The notes under the pieces: generated by a model
The model's database searches: none
The model's input: the letters and a program-made list of their open reading frames with translations, nothing else
What the model was told of the DNA's origin: nothing
In this document: one piece after another, positions 19,501-28,100 of the stretch
Layout of the letters: each line of letters begins with the position of its first letter
Numbering within the stretch: the first letter of the stretch is position 1
DNA from: Desulfobacterales bacterium
Lineage (GTDB): Bacteria > Desulfobacterota > Desulfobacteria > Desulfobacterales > UBA2245
Direction of reading: 5' to 3'
DNA length: 64,000 nt
Assembly (NCBI GenBank): GCA_040771865.1
Contig: JAXGZF010000009.1
Location: forward strand, 62,001-126,000
Made by a program: the position numbers and the translations under genes

Positions 19501-22500
19501 ATCAGGCTCTGAAAGCGGTTCAGGAGGGTTTGAAGTCCCTTCAGGAACTGCAGCGGCAAACCACGCGGGTTCACGAAAAATTCCTGGAAACCCAGGCCCA
19601 GGCCGGCCGGACCCTTCAGGAGATCATGGAAAGCACGCGCAAAATGGCGGGAATCGTCATGGAAGCGCAAAGCGCTTCAGCGGACCAGCTGATTCAAAAA
19701 CACGCCATTCAAACTCCGGATTCGGCGGTTTCAAAACCATCAGCCTCCCCGCAGATTTCCCCGGAATCTGATCCGGTGCAAATGGGAAAAACAGCGGATA
19801 TTTCACCAGTAAACCCGGGAAAAACCGACGCGGCGCCAAATATTCCGGATTTGAAAATCGACGCAACGCTGACCGGAGTAGTCAGCCGTTTGACCGGATA
19901 TCCCGTAGAAATGCTCGACCCCGAAATGGATATGGAGGCGGATCTGGGCATCGACTCCATCAAACGTGTGGAAATCTTCTCCGCTCTGGAAGAGGCCATT
20001 CCCGGGCTCCCGCCCGTGGCCCCGGAAAACATGGCCCGCATTCGAACCCTTGCCCAGGTCGCCGAACACCTGACGGAAATCACCCGAATCCGGCCCAGCA
20101 CGGCAACCCAAACAGCTTCGGATAACCACGGCGTTGCGGATGAAGGCCCGCCACTTCAGCCCATTGCGCGCAGTATCGTTGAAATTCACGGCCAGGCGTA
20201 TGATAACAGCCCGTCTCTGCCGAATATTGCCAACAGGCTCTGTCCCGGAAAATGCGTGTATGTGTCCAGGGACCGCCGCGGACTGGGAAAGGCCCTGTCT
20301 TCCCTGCTGACCTCGGCCGGCGTCGATTCCAGACTCGCGTCTCTGGACAGTGTTTCAAAAACCTCAGACATTCCGGCATCCGGTCTGATCATAGTAGCCG
20401 ATCCGGACTGCAACGACGCTTTTCTGAAAAAGGCATTTTTAGCCGCCAGGCGCCTGGGGCCTGAACTCACGGCATCGGCTCAGGGCGGCGGCGCTGTTTT
20501 TGCCGCAATTACCGCCATGGACGGGGCCTTTGGATTCCACGGCAAGGGAGGCTTCAACCCGGTCCAAGGCGGTCTGGCCGGACTGGTGAAAACCGCGGCA
20601 ATTGAATGGGCCCCGATACTGTGCCGGGCCGTGGATATCGATCCTCAGTTTACGGATATTTCCAGCCTGGCCAGGCGCCTGATCAGCGAACTCTTTTCTC
20701 CAGGACCAGTGGAAATCGGGCTCACGCAGAGCACCCGGCAAACCCTGGTTGTGAGGACCGCGGAATATCCCGCAGGATCACTGGATCTGAACGAGCAGGA
20801 CCTGGTGGTCGTCACCGGCGGCGCCCGGGGCGTAACGGCCGAGGCCGCCAAGGCCATGGCCCGATGTTCGCAGTGCAGGCTGGCGCTGCTGGGCCGATCC
20901 GAAAGCCCCTTTGAGGAACCGGCATGGCTGAAGGACCTCACAGAGGCGGGCGCCATGAAAAAAGCCATCCTCGATAACGAATTTTCCGGCCGAAAACCTT
21001 CCCCGGCCATGCTGGAATCGGCCTTTCGGCGGTATGCCGCCAACCGGGAAATCATCCGCACGCTTGAGGCGATTCAATCTTCAGGGTCACAGGTCCGGTA
21101 TGTCTGCGCGGATGTGAGAAAACCCGAGGCCGTCCGGTCGGTTCTCGATCAAATCCGGTCGGATTTTGGACCTGTGCGGGCGCTGATTCACGGCGCCGGC
21201 GTGCTCGAAGACCGCAGAATCGTCGACAAGACGCCGGCACAATTCGACCATGTATACGACACCAAGGTGAAGGGATTTCGCGCGCTGATGGAGGCCCTTT
21301 CCAAAGATCCGCTCAAATACATCGTCCTGTTCTCATCGGTTGCAGCCCGAAGCGGCAACAAGGGTCAGGCTGATTATGCCATGGCCAACGAGGTGCTCAA
21401 CAAGACGGCCCAGAATCTGGCGGCCGAACGCTCGAATTGTCGGGTCGTTTCCATCAACTGGGGGCCGTGGGACGGCGGCATGGTAGGGCCGGGCCTCAAG
21501 CGCGAGTTTTCCAGAAACAACATTCCGCTGATACCGATTCAAAACGGTTCCCAATCCCTGATTCGGGAAATGTCCGGACAGGGACCGGCGGAAGTGGTCA
21601 TCGGCGCCGGTCTGATGCCCGATGTTCCCACACCGGTTCCCCAGGAATCTCCCGTTCAGACGGAAAACCTGTTTCTTGCGGTCAAGCGCGAGGTGGATCT
21701 TTCTGAATTTCCGATTCTGGAAGCCCACAAACTGGATGGAAAGTCCGTCGTGCCCTTTGCCCTGATCGCGGAATGGCTGGGCCACGGCGCGCTTCATGCC
21801 AATCCGGGCCTGGTGCTCTGCGGCATGGACGACATTCGGCTGCTCAAGGGCATTCAGCTGAATCCCTCCGATCGAAAGCTGATTCGACTGATGGCCGGAA
21901 AATCCCGGAAGAACGGGGCTTTTTTCGAAGTGGATGTCGAAATTCGAAACGGAATTCCGGAAGAAAAAGACATGGTGCATTACCGGGCCAGGGCTCTGCT
22001 GTCCGACCGGACGCCCGCTTCGCCCCGGTTCGACGCCCTTCGCCTGAACAATGCCGATTCATACACGCGGCCGATGAAAGAGGTCTACGACAAGGTCCTC
22101 TTTCACGGAGAACCTCTGCAGGGCATCCGCCGGATTCTGAGCCTGACCCCTACGCAGATGGTGGCCCTTGTCTCATCTGCGCCTCCGCCCTCATCCTGGA
22201 TGACCGCCCCCCTGCGAAGCGCCTGGATCGGTGATCCGCTGGCTCTGGATTCGGCATTCCAGATGGCCTCTCTCTGGTGCTACGAACAGATGGGCAACGT
22301 GTCTCTACCCTCGTATGTGGCATCGTATCGCCAGTACTGCCGGCGTTTTCCCTCAGGCGAGCTGACCGTCGTGCTTCAGATTCGGGAAACTTCCGAGCAC
22401 AAACTCAAGGGAGACTTCGTATTCCTGGACGCCGACCGCAAGATGGCAGCTGCCCTGACCGGCTACGAGGCAGTCATGGATGCCGCCCTGTACCGGGCGT

Positions 22501-22529
22501 TCAAGCCTCAGTACGCGCAAAGCGCCTGA
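16494..22529 (+). CDS. pfaA: PfaA-like iterative type I PKS / PUFA synthase: KS-AT-ACP(x1)-KR-DH
   Basis: KS DAACASS/HGTGT/GHTK; AT GHSYG and AAFHS; one ACP (LGIDSIKRVEI); KR GGARGVT...YAMAN; C-terminal DH-like HKLDGKSVVP...DSAFQ. Overlaps pfaD by 20 nt. Confidence 0.88.
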   Translation: MTKQTRKNPPIAIIGMGCFFPEAAGLKAYWRLLFQGIDAVTDIPENTHWSAADYYDSDPGKTDRVCCKRGGFLSPVMFDPAEFGIPPAVLEATDTSQLLGLAAARAALRDAGYDDAGDFDRDRTSVILGVTGTQELVIPLSSRLGYPKWEKALKNAGIPAQTISQIIEDISGAYVPWQENSFPGLLGNVVAGRICNRLNIGGTNCVVDAACASSMGALHLALMELYTGKSDMAVTGGVDTLNDIFMHMCFSKSSVLSRSGDARPFSKHADGTVLGEGVGLIVLKRLDDAEKDGDRIYAVIRGVGSSSDGKFQSIYAPRMDGQIKALRAAYDAARVSPATVGLIEAHGTGTRVGDQVEFNALCKVYGPEMPEGRRSALGSVKSMIGHTKAAAGSAGLIKAVLSLHHKTLPPTLKADEPDPNLNIENSPLYLNTATRPWFGAPDHPRRAAVSAFGFGGSNFHAVLEEYRADKTHISWDGSVQILAFGAQSPESLCTKLQEFESRLFKNPEDAFSRMAHETRQSFSAQAPCRLLMVIQDPADLSRRIAKALDAITSHGLNPFGISDIYYGSGKTPGKIGFAFPGQGSQYLAMGRDLTCIFPQAMKRLEAADAKFGSLTDRIYPIPAYSNESKIEQEKALRRTDAAQPAIGAVSMAMFDILEYFGIRPDAVCGHSYGELCALHAAGRIDADALLNLSILRGRLMAEAGAKHAEGAMAAVKAPLKEIERIIRDFSLNVILANRNSPDQGVLSGSIEALTNAEEIFRKNGLEAARLPVSAAFHSPLMQEAQKPFADALKQIEFAKAIIPVYSNVSGRQYPEDSQAARKLLADQILNPVDFLGNIENLFAFGVRTFVEVGPKAVLTGLTRSILKDRNAVAIAVDGSLGQRSGIVDLARILSHLAAMGYSADLTRWEDVPVENRPQRMRIPVCGANFQPKPISEKPAPPQPAGPLVQTEPVHGLKTRQTTSKPAAQTPQFEQPVNSGFSDMTQSPEKKLDTRTQQPESLSYQALKAVQEGLKSLQELQRQTTRVHEKFLETQAQAGRTLQEIMESTRKMAGIVMEAQSASADQLIQKHAIQTPDSAVSKPSASPQISPESDPVQMGKTADISPVNPGKTDAAPNIPDLKIDATLTGVVSRLTGYPVEMLDPEMDMEADLGIDSIKRVEIFSALEEAIPGLPPVAPENMARIRTLAQVAEHLTEITRIRPSTATQTASDNHGVADEGPPLQPIARSIVEIHGQAYDNSPSLPNIANRLCPGKCVYVSRDRRGLGKALSSLLTSAGVDSRLASLDSVSKTSDIPASGLIIVADPDCNDAFLKKAFLAARRLGPELTASAQGGGAVFAAITAMDGAFGFHGKGGFNPVQGGLAGLVKTAAIEWAPILCRAVDIDPQFTDISSLARRLISELFSPGPVEIGLTQSTRQTLVVRTAEYPAGSLDLNEQDLVVVTGGARGVTAEAAKAMARCSQCRLALLGRSESPFEEPAWLKDLTEAGAMKKAILDNEFSGRKPSPAMLESAFRRYAANREIIRTLEAIQSSGSQVRYVCADVRKPEAVRSVLDQIRSDFGPVRALIHGAGVLEDRRIVDKTPAQFDHVYDTKVKGFRALMEALSKDPLKYIVLFSSVAARSGNKGQADYAMANEVLNKTAQNLAAERSNCRVVSINWGPWDGGMVGPGLKREFSRNNIPLIPIQNGSQSLIREMSGQGPAEVVIGAGLMPDVPTPVPQESPVQTENLFLAVKREVDLSEFPILEAHKLDGKSVVPFALIAEWLGHGALHANPGLVLCGMDDIRLLKGIQLNPSDRKLIRLMAGKSRKNGAFFEVDVEIRNGIPEEKDMVHYRARALLSDRTPASPRFDALRLNNADSYTRPMKEVYDKVLFHGEPLQGIRRILSLTPTQMVALVSSAPPPSSWMTAPLRSAWIGDPLALDSAFQMASLWCYEQMGNVSLPSYVASYRQYCRRFPSGELTVVLQIRETSEHKLKGDFVFLDADRKMAAALTGYEAVMDAALYRAFKPQYAQSA

Positions 22530-22550
22530 AAACGAAATCGCAAAGCCTTG

Positions 22551-22598
22551 AAAACAAAAAGCCGCGGCCTTTCGAAACAGCTGAAGGGCTCCGGCTTC
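22551..22598 (-). terminator. Probable intrinsic terminator between convergent pfaA and the ADP-ribosylglycohydrolase gene
   Basis: Imperfect AAGCCG...CGGCTT hairpin preceded on + by A-runs (U-tract on minus). Confidence 0.45.
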
Positions 22599-22609
22599 TG
22601 GCCGTCAGG

Positions 22610-23383
22610 TCAGGATTTCATAAACCGGGACTCGAATTGGGCCAGAACATCGAGAAACTTGTCCGGCAGACGCGACTTGGTTCCAAATTCGATGGATGGC
22701 GGAATTTCACGATAAAACGCCTGCGCCACGCCGCCGGCAATGCAGGCCAGGGTGTCGCTGTCGCCGCCCAGGGCAACGGCGTTTCGAACGGCGTCCTCGT
22801 AATCCGCGGATTCAAAAAAGCATATCAGAGCTTCCGGAACCGTTCCCTGGCAGGAAACGTCAAAGCTGTAATTCGGCCGGATCCGGTCAAGGCTTCGATT
22901 CAGATCATAGCCGAATCTCTGTGTGATCTCCAAGTGGATAATTTTTTTGTTGTTTCCTTTTCGAGCCAGGAAAACGGCCAGGGCCGTCGCCTGAGCGCCC
23001 TTGATTCCTTCCGGGTGATTGTGGGTAACCTCCGCGCTTTTTCGCGCCTGATCCAGTACCGCCTCGATCGAGTCAAAGGCGAATCCCACGGGACTGACCC
23101 GCATGGCCGAGCCGTTTCCCCAGCTGTTGTAGGGTTCTGAATTCTCGGATTGCATCCATTGAAAAAAAGTACCGCCATATCCCGCCCAGGGATACATTCT
23201 GGCAAAACGCTTATAGGCCTGCCCGTAATCCGTACCGCTGAGAATGGCAAAGGCCGTGGCCAAGGTCAATACCGTGTCGTCGGTAAAACGCGAATTCGGG
23301 GAAAAAAGAGGGAATTCCTTGGATTTAAGGGGCTGATGCTCATATACGGACCCGATCACATCACCGGCAATGGCGCCTAGCAT
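22610..23383 (-). CDS. ADP-ribosylglycohydrolase family protein (DraG/ARH)
   Basis: MLGAIAGDVIGS, FTDDT, SWGNGSAMRVSP, VTHNHPEG, GGDSDTLACIAG. Confidence 0.92.
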   Translation of the reverse strand: MLGAIAGDVIGSVYEHQPLKSKEFPLFSPNSRFTDDTVLTLATAFAILSGTDYGQAYKRFARMYPWAGYGGTFFQWMQSENSEPYNSWGNGSAMRVSPVGFAFDSIEAVLDQARKSAEVTHNHPEGIKGAQATALAVFLARKGNNKKIIHLEITQRFGYDLNRSLDRIRPNYSFDVSCQGTVPEALICFFESADYEDAVRNAVALGGDSDTLACIAGGVAQAFYREIPPSIEFGTKSRLPDKFLDVLAQFESRFMKS

Positions 23384-23477
23384 ACAGTCTCCTTGGATTC
23401 AGGCATTCTGTTCCGAAAGCATTGCATGAATAATATCAATACAACTTACCGATATATTGTAATTAATCATTTAATCG

Positions 23478-23666
23478 CTAGAGAATCCGCGTGACATGCG
23501 TTTTGGTCAGGCCGGTGCCGCTCTTGAAATACAGGAACGCCTCCTGGTTGAGTTCCATGTCTTCGGGATCAATCTCCATCCCTTCCAGTGTTTCGACTTT
23601 GACGACCAGATGCCGCAGGGAATTCAAATAAAATTCTCCAAAAGTGGGCACGTAGTATTTTTTCAT
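23478..23666 (-). CDS. Small hypothetical protein (62 aa)
   Basis: MKKYYVPTFGEFYLNSLRHL...; AAGG RBS-like sequence upstream; no recognisable domain. Confidence 0.55.
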   Translation of the reverse strand: MKKYYVPTFGEFYLNSLRHLVVKVETLEGMEIDPEDMELNQEAFLYFKSGTGLTKTHVTRIL

Positions 23667-23902
23667 CTCGAATCGCCTTTCGTTGTGCAAGCGGTTTGAT
23701 GCGCATGAAATCGCTGAAATTTTGACACGATGTCGATGCATAACACAGGCCAGAGGCAAACCGCAACGGACTTGTTCACGGTCTTATTTCAAAAAGCATC
23801 CGTACGCAGTTCTGGTATCTTTTCTGTGCTGATTTTTGGAAACGATCCCGCGGATGATACCTTTCTCGGCGTGTCCAAGCCGGAAGCATGAGGTCTGGAA
23901 TT

Positions 23903-24325
23903 TTATTTGATGTAGTACCCTGATACTCGCCAGATACCATCCTTGTCCATCATGGGAGTGACCGTTTCTACCGCCGCTTTTTTGTTTTCAAACGCGGTTT
24001 CGAACTGGATGACGACATATTCGCCGTCTGGGGCGCCTGGCAAGGAGGTCATGTAGGTTCTCGTACTTACCCTTCTCGATAGGAGCTGACCCAAAGGCGC
24101 CCGCACAGCTTGCATGGACTGCTCCCACTGCTCGAGCTTCACCGCATTTTTGAATAATTCAGAGCCCTTGTTCCAGCTTTCGGCATATTCTCCACTGTCA
24201 ACCATGGCAAGCCAGCTCTCGGCTGCAAAAACGGCTGCCGCTTCTTTTTCCGAATTTCCCGCCATGGCGTTCAGGCCTGAAAGAATCAGGCCTATTGCGG
24301 CCAGACATGCGATTTTACGAATCAT
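23903..24325 (-). CDS. DUF4019 domain secreted protein
   Basis: Signal peptide; WL..VD.G.Y..SW, R.PLG...SR, LPGAPDGEYVVIQFET.F.NK..AVETVT...DG.WRVSGYYI; GAGGAGG RBS. Confidence 0.88.
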   Translation of the reverse strand: MIRKIACLAAIGLILSGLNAMAGNSEKEAAAVFAAESWLAMVDSGEYAESWNKGSELFKNAVKLEQWEQSMQAVRAPLGQLLSRRVSTRTYMTSLPGAPDGEYVVIQFETAFENKKAAVETVTPMMDKDGIWRVSGYYIK

Positions 24326-24597
24326 GCGCGTTTCCTCCTCTAAATACAGGACGTTTCTGAATCCGTTTCAAATTACGAAAGCCTTGATTCAATGAGAACA
24401 TCAATTCGAGTGTTGCGGTCCGAACATTCGTGAAACGAGAAAATAATTTTTAGCACAAAAAGCTGATCATCAAAAATATTTTCGGAAAATGGTGTATGTC
24501 TCGCACAAAGGAGCAAATCGCCAGGATATTTCATCTTCACCCCCCGCCAGCGTCTTGATCGGGGATATCCATCAGCATGCCCCGTTTATACCGCTAA

Positions 24598-24740
24598 CAG
24601 GCTGTTGAAAAACTGCACCTGAGGCCGCCATTCAGCGTTGCGCGGCTCTCGCCAATGCTCACATATGCTTGAATATGCTGCGCTTGTCGCATCGCCGCGC
24701 GCCTTGCCTGACGGCCTGATTCTTGTTTTTCAACACCCTG
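24598..24740 (+). mobile_element. MITE copy 1 (143 bp, non-autonomous)
   Basis: TIRs CAGGCTGTTGAAAAA...TTTTTCAACACCCTG; CTAA on both flanks; 4 mismatches to the copy at 36383. Confidence 0.85.
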
Positions 24741-24815
24741 CTAAAGTCTTTGTTCGGTTCATCCGATAAAAAAAACAGTTTTGATATATGCAAAACCGGT
24801 CGAAAGGAACGTTCA

Positions 24816-25121
24816 ATGTCCATTTCACTGATTTCCGGAATGGTTCAGACCCTGAACGCCTATCAGGAACGCCTGAACAAGATCGCTCAGAATACGGCCA
24901 ACGTTCTTACCGAGGGTTACCGGCCGCTTGAAACCGTATTCCGCCAGGATTCGGCCGGCGGCGTCCGAGCCGAAACCCGGGCCATGGAAAAAGAAGACAT
25001 CGTCGATGTGTCCAAGGAAATAACGGATAAAATCGCGGTTGAAACGGGATATAAAGCGGCGATCAGCGTTGTCAAAACCGAACAGGAAATGATGCAGACC
25101 CTGCTGAATATCAAAAAATAG
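24816..25121 (+). CDS. Small flagellar basal-body rod/hook-like protein
   Basis: SG...L.AYQERLNKIAQNTANVLTEGY N-terminus and VDVSKEITD.I....YKA...VVKT..EM...LLNIK C-terminus; AAGGA RBS. Start moved to ATG 24816, since the longer ORF begins inside the MITE. Confidence 0.75.
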   Translation: MSISLISGMVQTLNAYQERLNKIAQNTANVLTEGYRPLETVFRQDSAGGVRAETRAMEKEDIVDVSKEITDKIAVETGYKAAISVVKTEQEMMQTLLNIKK

Positions 25122-25168
25122 CAAACGTTAAAACCGCGTCTGAAACGGAAGTGTCCGGATTGCCGGTT

Positions 25169-28100
25169 TTATTCCTTTCTTTCATTGAGCAGGTCTCTTA
25201 CCGCTCCGGCGATGCTTCTCAGGGTAAACGGTTTCATGAGAAATTTTCTGATGCCCAGCTTCTTTGCTTCTTCTTCGGAAATGAGCTCGCTGAATCCCGT
25301 GCAAAGAATAATGGGAATATCCGGCCTGATTTTGAGAATTTCCTTTGAAAGATCGGCGCCCGTCATGCCTGGCATGGTCATGTCGGTTATCACAAGATCA
25401 AAACGATCGGGTTGAGCGCGAAAGATCTCCAGAGCTTTGCCGCTGCTCGTCGTTCCAAGGGCCTCGTACCCGAGTTCCTCGAGAATCTCCCGGCCGATAT
25501 CCACCAAGGCATCTTCATCGTCAATCAACAAAATCCGCCCGCTGCCCCGCGGCACGTCATCAGAAGGCGACGTCTCGGGTTTCGCAACGTGTTCGATTGC
25601 AGGCAGAAAAACGGTAAAAACAGAACCCGCGCCGGGCACGCTCTGAACGGCAATCGTGCCTCCATACGTTTTGACAATGCCGTAGACTACCGAAAGTCCG
25701 AGACCGGTCCCTTCCCCTCTCCGCTTGGTCGTAAAGAAGGGATCAAATATTCTTTCCTGAATCTCGGGCGGTATGCCGCACCCCTTATCGCTCACGGAGA
25801 GCTTGACGTAGTGACCCGGCTTTAAATCCGGATACAATGATGCTGCTTCCGTTGTTATCTCGGCATTGTCAAGTGTGACCTCAAGCATGCCTCCTTTTTC
25901 GCGCATGGCATGGGCGGCGTTCGTGCAGAGGTTCATCACCACCTGGTGAACCTGAGTCGGATCCGCCAGAATGGCGTACAGTTCCGAAGAAATGTCCAGA
26001 CGCATCTCGACGGTGGAGGGAAGGGTCGCGCGCAACAGCTTGAAGACTTCCTTTACCAGAGAACCGATATCGAGTGGTTTGATATCCGTATCCGCCTGGC
26101 GGCTGAATGTCAGAATCTGTGCGACCAGATTTCTGGCGCGGTCGCCGGATTTCAGAACCTGGTCTAGGTAGAACTGCAGCTCCGTCTGCCGCAGTTTTCC
26201 CTTTGCTATCTCCGTATACCCGATAATTGCTGCCAGAATGTTGTTGAAGTCGTGGGCGATTCCGCCGGCCAGCGTACCGATGGCCTCCAGCTTATGGACC
26301 TGGAGAAGCCTGGATTCTATGGCCTTGCGGTCCGTAATATCCTGGGCAGTGCCTTCATAATAACTTAATTTTCCGCTGCGGTCACAAACAGAGCGTATAT
26401 TTAAAGTTACCCAGGCAATGCTTCCGTCTTTCCTGTAAAACCGTGTTTCAAATTCTCGAACAACGTTCTGCAAGCCAACCAGGTTCAGGAGTTCGGACCG
26501 ATTTTCGGGATGGACGTACAGCTGTCGGGCAATATCTGTCAGCGAATTCATCAAAACATCCGGCGACTCGTATCCAAGAATACGGGCAAAGGCAGGATTG
26601 GCGCTCAGAAATCGTCCATCGGGCGTTGTCTGGAATATGCCTTCGATGGCATTTTCAAAAATGGTCCGATATTTTTCCTCGGCTTGCGAAAGCGCCTCCT
26701 CCACGCGCCTCCGCTCGGTGACGTCCCGAATAGATTCAATAGCGCCGACGATCTTTCCGCTTGAGTCGCGCAGAGCGCTTGCCGTTCCGAAAAGCACCCT
26801 GCCGCCTTTGATTTCGGGTGTAAATGAGTCTCCGGCAACGACCAAACCTTTTCTGGTTATGTTGCTATATGTTGCTTCGATGTTTTCATCGGAATTCAAA
26901 ATAAGATCGATGAGAATCGGCCTTCTTTTACCGTAAAACGGCAGAGCATATTCATAATCGTCCTTGCCCATCATGTCTGACGCCTCGATTCCCGTTATCT
27001 CTTCCATGGCCTGGTTCCACGCGATTACCCGGCTCTCCTGATTGATAACAAATGTTGGATCCGGAAGAAAATCGATGATGTCCGCCAGTTGCTGCTGGGA
27101 TTCTTTCAACTGCTGATGGGCGGTCCTCAGCTGATCTTCAGCGCTTTTCCTTTCCGTGATATCTTCAAGGGTTTCTGTCGCGCCGATAATATTCCCTTCA
27201 GAATTTTTGATAATAGAGGCGGTAAAGCGCAGCCATTTTCCCCTGTCGCCGAGTTCCGGAAAAAAATCCGTCGCATCGTACGCATCCTCAATCAGACTGG
27301 ATTGGCTGGCCTTGCCCGCATACCACCGGGGAATCGCCTCAAAGGTGTGATCGACAAGCAGGTCCGCCATGCAGGGCCTCTGCTCGCTATAGAAAGCCCG
27401 CCAGTGCTGGCTGGTGCCGACCATATCTTCAGACCTGAGTCCCGTAAGCTCCTCGATCGCCCTGTTCCAGTATAAGATCCTGTGTTCCCTATCGATGACA
27501 AACGAAGGGATGAAAGACCCCTGAACAATGCTGAACAACTTCCGTTCGCTTTCCAATAAGGCCACCTGCGCCTGTTCATGCTCTTCGATTTCCTGCTGAA
27601 GGAACCTGTTGGCCGTTAACAACTCGGCCGTTCGCTGCTGAACCCCGGCTTCCAGTTCATCGCGGGCTTTTCTCAACTCATTTTCCGCAATTTTACGCCG
27701 TCGTATGTTGAAAATCAGAACGATGACAACCAGAATCAGTCCGGCCATGCCGGCCAGAATCCCGCGGAGAACCCCTTTGTGGATCTCATAAAATGACGCG
27801 GGATCGTTGATGAAAACACTTTCCTTTGGAATCGCGGAAAGGTTGATGCCGAAACGCTCAACCTGCCGGTAATCAAACATGTAACGCGTTTGAGTCTTCA
27901 TGATCACGGGAATGCTTTCAATTCTTTCTCCCCGCAAAATTCGCAGGGCCATCTTTCCCGCAGCCCTGCCTTGGTCGTATCCGCTGGTCAGCAACCCGCC
28001 GACGATTCCATACCCGAGGCTGAAATCCCATGTCCCGTAGATGGGAACCTTCGCGCGCTGTTCGATCAGGGAAATGCTCTCGTCATATTCATAAAATTTC

